A stretch of DNA of 64,000 nucleotides, from positions 57,661-121,660 of the IMG/VR virus record IMGVR_UViG_3300011008_000067; one strand, 5' to 3'. The position numbers and the translations under genes were made by a program. The notes under the pieces were generated by a model, which saw only the letters and a list, made by a program, of their open reading frames with translations, did no database searches and was not told the origin of the DNA. Within the stretch, counting starts at the first letter, position 1, and every line of letters starts with the position of its first letter. Of the stretch, positions 59,724-64,000 are shown in pieces. Origin of the DNA: a virus. Taxonomy: Duplodnaviria > Caudoviricetes.

Positions 59724-60740
59724 ATCCGCAGCACCTTGGATAATCTGCTGTGTTGTTGTTCCGTATTCTTTTGCAATGTCATTAGCTTCTTTGTAAAAAC
59801 TATTTAATTGTTTTGGTGTCGCAGTAGAAGTCTTTTGTAAATCAACTAATGCAGTATCAAGATCGGCAACAGTTTTAATGCCATTTTTCAAAGTATTTAT
59901 CATTCGATAAATACTCATGTAAGACGCAACAAATTTACCAACCGTTGAAAACGCAGAACCAAAAGATTCAGAAAACGTCTTCCCTATATTTCCAGTTGCT
60001 TTCGCATCAGATTGTAAATATCTAAATTCATCGCGTAGTTGTTTTATGGCATCAACATCTTTATTAGCAATCGCTGTTTTTAATCTTGCTTGTAAATCAT
60101 CTAATTGATCCCCATAGGCAGCAACAGCTTTTGAATTATTTTTAGCCCAAGTTGTCATTTGATTTCCAAATGTTTTAGCTTGTAATTCATTAAACTGTTT
60201 TACTTTTCCGGCTGCATTAGATACACCGCTCGACATGTCTTTAAAAGATTGTGAAAAAGTCTTTGTTGTATTTTGAACTTTTCCAGTCTCTTTATCAAAC
60301 TCTCTTACTATTTGAACGGCTCTACCAAGTTGGTCAGTACCAGTAATTTTCATACTGATATTTCCATTTGATTTTTGAGTAGTTGAAATTTTGCTAATTG
60401 ATAATGTAAGTTTGTCTAATTCATTTGTTACTTGATGTATAGAATTTTTATTAAATCCTGCACCCATTAACATATTTTGAATGTTGCCTATACCACCATT
60501 TCTTAAATCAATCTTATTTAAACTACTCGAAAATGCGTTCGCAAAACTCTGACCAGCACTTGCCCCTTGGTTTGAAAATTGGTTAGCTAATGATGCTAAC
60601 TGTTGCCCTAATTGATTAGACTGAAAATCAACTTTTATTTGTATTGGCTTAGAAGTCATATTAGAAACCAAACTATTAAACTTGGCTTCAGCTTCAGAAG
60701 CATCTAATATGGCTTTTATCGTAGCCTGAAAATCAGCCAT
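59724..60740 (-). CDS. tape measure protein, exon 1
   Basis: AAGGAGG RBS; ends LDTALVDLQKT...GTTTQQIIQGAAD, the start of the TMP core. Confidence 0.88.
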
Positions 60741-60757
60741 CACCTCACCTCCTTATA

Positions 60758-61816
60758 TTAATCAAGTTCGGTTAATGATGCCTGTTTCACATCCTTAATC
60801 CCGTCTGCTCCGAAATACTTGTCGAGTTTCTTATCAGTAGAACTATCGACATATACACTAACCATTTCGCTTGACTCCCAACCTATGATGTCTTGAATAA
60901 CGGTTTCAGGTAAGTTATACTCGGCTAACCTTGTGGTAAAGAAATGACGTAAACTATGCCAATAAAAAGGTTTGTTCATCATTTTTGTGAATTTTTGCGC
61001 CCAATAATCTATCGTTTCAATCTTAATAGGCTTATTAACATATTTTCCGTTTTCTAATCTTGGAAATAAATAATCACTTCTTATCTTTAATCGTTCACGT
61101 TCAGCTAACCATAAATCAAGATATGGTTGAAAAGGTTTCGCAAGGGTGTATACGTCAAGAAGTTTACCGCGAGTGCCACGACCTTTAGTTACCATTTTCT
61201 CAGGTGTTTTATATAAAGCACCCTCACATATTAAATTTTTCTTACTGAAATAACTAACTTTGAATCTTGGGATTTCCGCTTTACGTCTGCCGTTATTCAT
61301 AACCAATGAGATCATACATGCTTTCATGTATTCGCCATCAAATACAAGTTGGTCAAGCAGTTTTTGAAGTTCGGTTAATGTGAATACAGATTTTTCTCTT
61401 ACTGCCGTGTTAGCAGGAGATTGAATTTTGTTTACGATTGGTTTGTATCCCTCGTATTCATCGTCTAAAATATCTTCTATATAGTTGCTAAGTGACGAGA
61501 TGGTTGCTTTAAAAGTTCTCACACGTTTCGGAGACCATCCCCACTCGTTAATTGCATGATTTTGAAATTTGCTAAATTCCCTCTTCTTCAAATCGACAAA
61601 GAATTTATTTTTGTTATAATCTAAATTCCACACCCAAAATATATGTAAATTATGTTCATACTGATATATAGTTGTTTTGGCTCTGTCAATAGAAGCAAGA
61701 TATTCCAAATAATCTTTTTCTAATTCTAAATTGTCTGGATTGACTTGTGACAGTTTTTCGGGAGAAGTAATGTCGTTGTAAACTGTACTTCTTCCTTTGC
61801 CTTTTTTTACCGACAT
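60758..61816 (-). CDS. tyrosine recombinase family protein
   Basis: GRRKAE, TKG, HSLRH, GW...VY catalytic residues. Confidence 0.88.
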   Translation of the reverse strand: MSVKKGKGRSTVYNDITSPEKLSQVNPDNLELEKDYLEYLASIDRAKTTIYQYEHNLHIFWVWNLDYNKNKFFVDLKKREFSKFQNHAINEWGWSPKRVRTFKATISSLSNYIEDILDDEYEGYKPIVNKIQSPANTAVREKSVFTLTELQKLLDQLVFDGEYMKACMISLVMNNGRRKAEIPRFKVSYFSKKNLICEGALYKTPEKMVTKGRGTRGKLLDVYTLAKPFQPYLDLWLAERERLKIRSDYLFPRLENGKYVNKPIKIETIDYWAQKFTKMMNKPFYWHSLRHFFTTRLAEYNLPETVIQDIIGWESSEMVSVYVDSSTDKKLDKYFGADGIKDVKQASLTELD

Positions 61817-61827
61817 TATTTACCTCC

Positions 61828-62250
61828 TTAATGAAAATAGCTTGCAAGGATACTCTGTGCATCATGTATTGTTTTTTGGTTTGCTCTATTCCAAAACCCC
61901 GGTCTTCCTTTGACATGTGCGAAATGGTACTCGGCAGCGTTCAATGCTTGTAATCCACTAAAATAACTTGCAAATCCTCTTGATGTAAATGCCGGATTTG
62001 GAACGGCATAGCTTGGAATTTGTAAATACATTTTAACAGAATAAGAATTTCCACCACCTTGTACTCCAGATGTCCTTGGTGAACTTCCGAGTTGACCTGT
62101 ACGTGAATATATTGTTGGACTTCCACCAGAATAGAATCCTTGCGTTTCTTGTTGCATGTTAGACATTGCTTTTGCGTTTATTTGACTCATAGCAGATTGC
62201 ATTCGCTGTCTTATCTGTTCTAAAGCAGCGTCAAGTCCTCCACCAGCCAT
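61828..62250 (-). CDS. putative tail/neck morphogenesis protein
   Basis: Y.RTGQL and GRPGFW motifs; position in tail operon. Confidence 0.55.
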   Translation of the reverse strand: MAGGGLDAALEQIRQRMQSAMSQINAKAMSNMQQETQGFYSGGSPTIYSRTGQLGSSPRTSGVQGGGNSYSVKMYLQIPSYAVPNPAFTSRGFASYFSGLQALNAAEYHFAHVKGRPGFWNRANQKTIHDAQSILASYFH

Positions 62251-62266
62251 AAGATCACCTCACGAA

Positions 62267-62845
62267 TTATGTCTGGGGTGGAAGTGCAATAGTAGCATTT
62301 CCCTCATTTAATAAAGCAGTATTAGCTTTAAATCTATCAGAATTACCATATGCTTCTACAATAGCTTCTTCTGACAATTTACCATCTTTAATCTGCTGTG
62401 CAATTTCCGCAAACTTCCTAATATCACTTTCAGAGAAAGTTTCTCTAAAGGATTTCAATACAGCATCAATGGACGCACTAATAGCGGTTGCATAAGAATT
62501 GGCATCATTCTTTTTAAATTCAACAATGTCCATAGCTTTATTATATGCGTTCCCAAATGTTAAACTTGGAACAATATTATTAACACAACCAACTTCATCC
62601 ATAAAATGATTCATAAAATCTTCATTGTCATATAGATGTTGCACTTCTAAAATATTGTCAATAGGATGCGTTTTGATCGTATCTGAATCTTCAAGTTCAA
62701 CGCAGTTGTTAAAATATGCGCATAATGCAAACGCCTCACCAAATTGAGGTGCATATTCAAAAGTATCTTTATCGAAGTATTCATCTACAATATCGTGAAT
62801 AACTTGAAAATAATCGTTCAGATTTAACTTATTATTATATTTCAT
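62267..62845 (-). CDS. hypothetical protein (possible tail assembly chaperone)
   Basis: 192-aa acidic ORF upstream of TMP. Confidence 0.55.
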   Translation of the reverse strand: MKYNNKLNLNDYFQVIHDIVDEYFDKDTFEYAPQFGEAFALCAYFNNCVELEDSDTIKTHPIDNILEVQHLYDNEDFMNHFMDEVGCVNNIVPSLTFGNAYNKAMDIVEFKKNDANSYATAISASIDAVLKSFRETFSESDIRKFAEIAQQIKDGKLSEEAIVEAYGNSDRFKANTALLNEGNATIALPPQT

Positions 62846-62851
62846 TCTGAT

Positions 62852-63385
62852 TTACCCCTTTATATCGTTATGTAAAGCTGTCTGCTCTAAAAAAGAATTT
62901 ATGTCATAACGATAATGTGTTTTTAATAATGTTTGACTAATAGTAATGTAATTAACATCGTAAATAGACAGGTCTTTAAAATTAAAACTTTTCTTCGGTA
63001 TCACGTTTTGTAATTTCAAAAACTCTTTAATAGGAAGGAATATGGTTGTTTCAAGTTCACGGAACTCAATTACAAATCCACACACACATTCTCCGATTTT
63101 TTCAAAATTATCTAAACCTGTAATTTGATGATAATGGATTTCACCGTTCTCATCTTTTGTGCGCTCAAAAGATATAGATTTACCTTTTACTGTTTTTAAT
63201 TCAAGCGCATAGAGTGTTAGTGTTTTAGGATTCCATAACAAAAAGTCGTATGGATTTTTATTACTAAATCTTAAATTTGAACTTCTAAAAAATGACTGCG
63301 CTGCATCTGGTAAACGAATTACACCTAAATAATCAGGTGCGCTTTTCGTAAAATCACGTTCAAATTGTTTGCCGACACTTGCCAT
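62852..63385 (-). CDS. RecU-like Holliday junction resolvase
   Basis: GKQFE, NPYDF, ALELKT, HQ motifs. Confidence 0.75.
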   Translation of the reverse strand: MASVGKQFERDFTKSAPDYLGVIRLPDAAQSFFRSSNLRFSNKNPYDFLLWNPKTLTLYALELKTVKGKSISFERTKDENGEIHYHQITGLDNFEKIGECVCGFVIEFRELETTIFLPIKEFLKLQNVIPKKSFNFKDLSIYDVNYITISQTLLKTHYRYDINSFLEQTALHNDIKG

Positions 63386-63387
63386 AT

Positions 63388-63624
63388 TTATTTGTTATGC
63401 GGATAAGTGTTGAGCCATTTTTGGTATATGTACGCAGTTTCATTTTTTAAAAACCAAAATGTGATTTTGTTCGGGCATCTTTCTTTCTCCCAAACAAATC
63501 TCGGCTGGCAACCATGTTTAATATAAAATATTGCTTGTTTTAGATTGTCGATTGGAATTAGGTTTTCTCGTCCATAACAATCAATAGCTTCTTCTAAAGA
63601 TTCAAAATTTATTGTTGTTCGCAT
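63388..63624 (-). CDS. hypothetical protein
   Basis: AGAGGT RBS before ATG63624. Confidence 0.55.
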   Translation of the reverse strand: MRTTINFESLEEAIDCYGRENLIPIDNLKQAIFYIKHGCQPRFVWEKERCPNKITFWFLKNETAYIYQKWLNTYPHNK

Positions 63625-63645
63625 TCGTTTTCTTACCTCTACTCT

Positions 63646-63692
63646 AAAAAAAGAAAAGGGTAACACGATGCGATTGCAAAGTATTACCCTTT
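63646..63692 (-). terminator. intrinsic terminator
   Basis: aaagggtaatac / gtgttacccttt stem followed by a U-run on the - strand. Confidence 0.65.
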
Positions 63693-63713
63693 ATTTAAAC
63701 TACAATACAATCC

Positions 63714-63974
63714 TTACTCGACAATAGTTTCATGCTTCTTCTTGATTGTTTTCTTATTTTTATCATTATTGTTTTGTTCTGTATATACAGATTCTTTGAC
63801 ATCAGAATTTATTTCTTCTTTATCATCTGTGATAGAGTATTTACCATTCTCAAATTTGACATTCAAAAATTTAATATTCTCCTGACCAACAGAAGGAAAC
63901 TGAATGTCAATGCCATTAAATCTGACAACAGTAACAGCATCGTTATTTTCAATGACTGGACATTCTTTAATCAT
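63714..63974 (-). CDS. hypothetical protein
   Basis: AAGGAG RBS, 86 aa. Confidence 0.55.
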   Translation of the reverse strand: MIKECPVIENNDAVTVVRFNGIDIQFPSVGQENIKFLNVKFENGKYSITDDKEEINSDVKESVYTEQNNNDKNKKTIKKKHETIVE

Positions 63975-64000
63975 GCTACATTCTCCTTGATATTGAAAAA

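Noticed and set aside
1-64000. tRNA/rRNA genes, IS elements, endolysin
   Set aside because: None recognised by eye; tRNAscan and HMM searches would be needed to exclude them.

Overview
The whole window is part of a large, AT-rich temperate tailed-phage genome; gene content suggests an anaerobic Firmicutes/Clostridia host. The + strand (1-28.65 kb) carries three DNA methyltransferases, two with out-of-frame poly-G tracts and one broken by a stop plus frameshift. It also carries an SNF2 helicase, candidate anti-defence genes (RNA ligase + kinase-HD, a DUF2829/Tad2-like fusion, Lar-like proteins), replication genes (Sak, SSB, DnaB, primase, DnaE), nucleotide metabolism (ThyX, Gmk, NrdH-NrdD-NrdG plus a ferredoxin-thioredoxin reductase-like protein, dUTPase) and a large serine recombinase. 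The - strand (64-28.7 kb) is the tail/lysis block. Its ~2830-aa tape-measure gene is split by three group I introns carrying homing endonucleases, and two of these introns appear to have a C-G pair instead of the U.G wobble at the 5' splice site. Further along are Dit, a tail spike, holin-like genes and a complete diversity-generating retroelement (avd-TR-RT) whose single 123-nt template matches two target genes flanking the cassette. All family assignments come from motif recognition by eye; no database searches were run.
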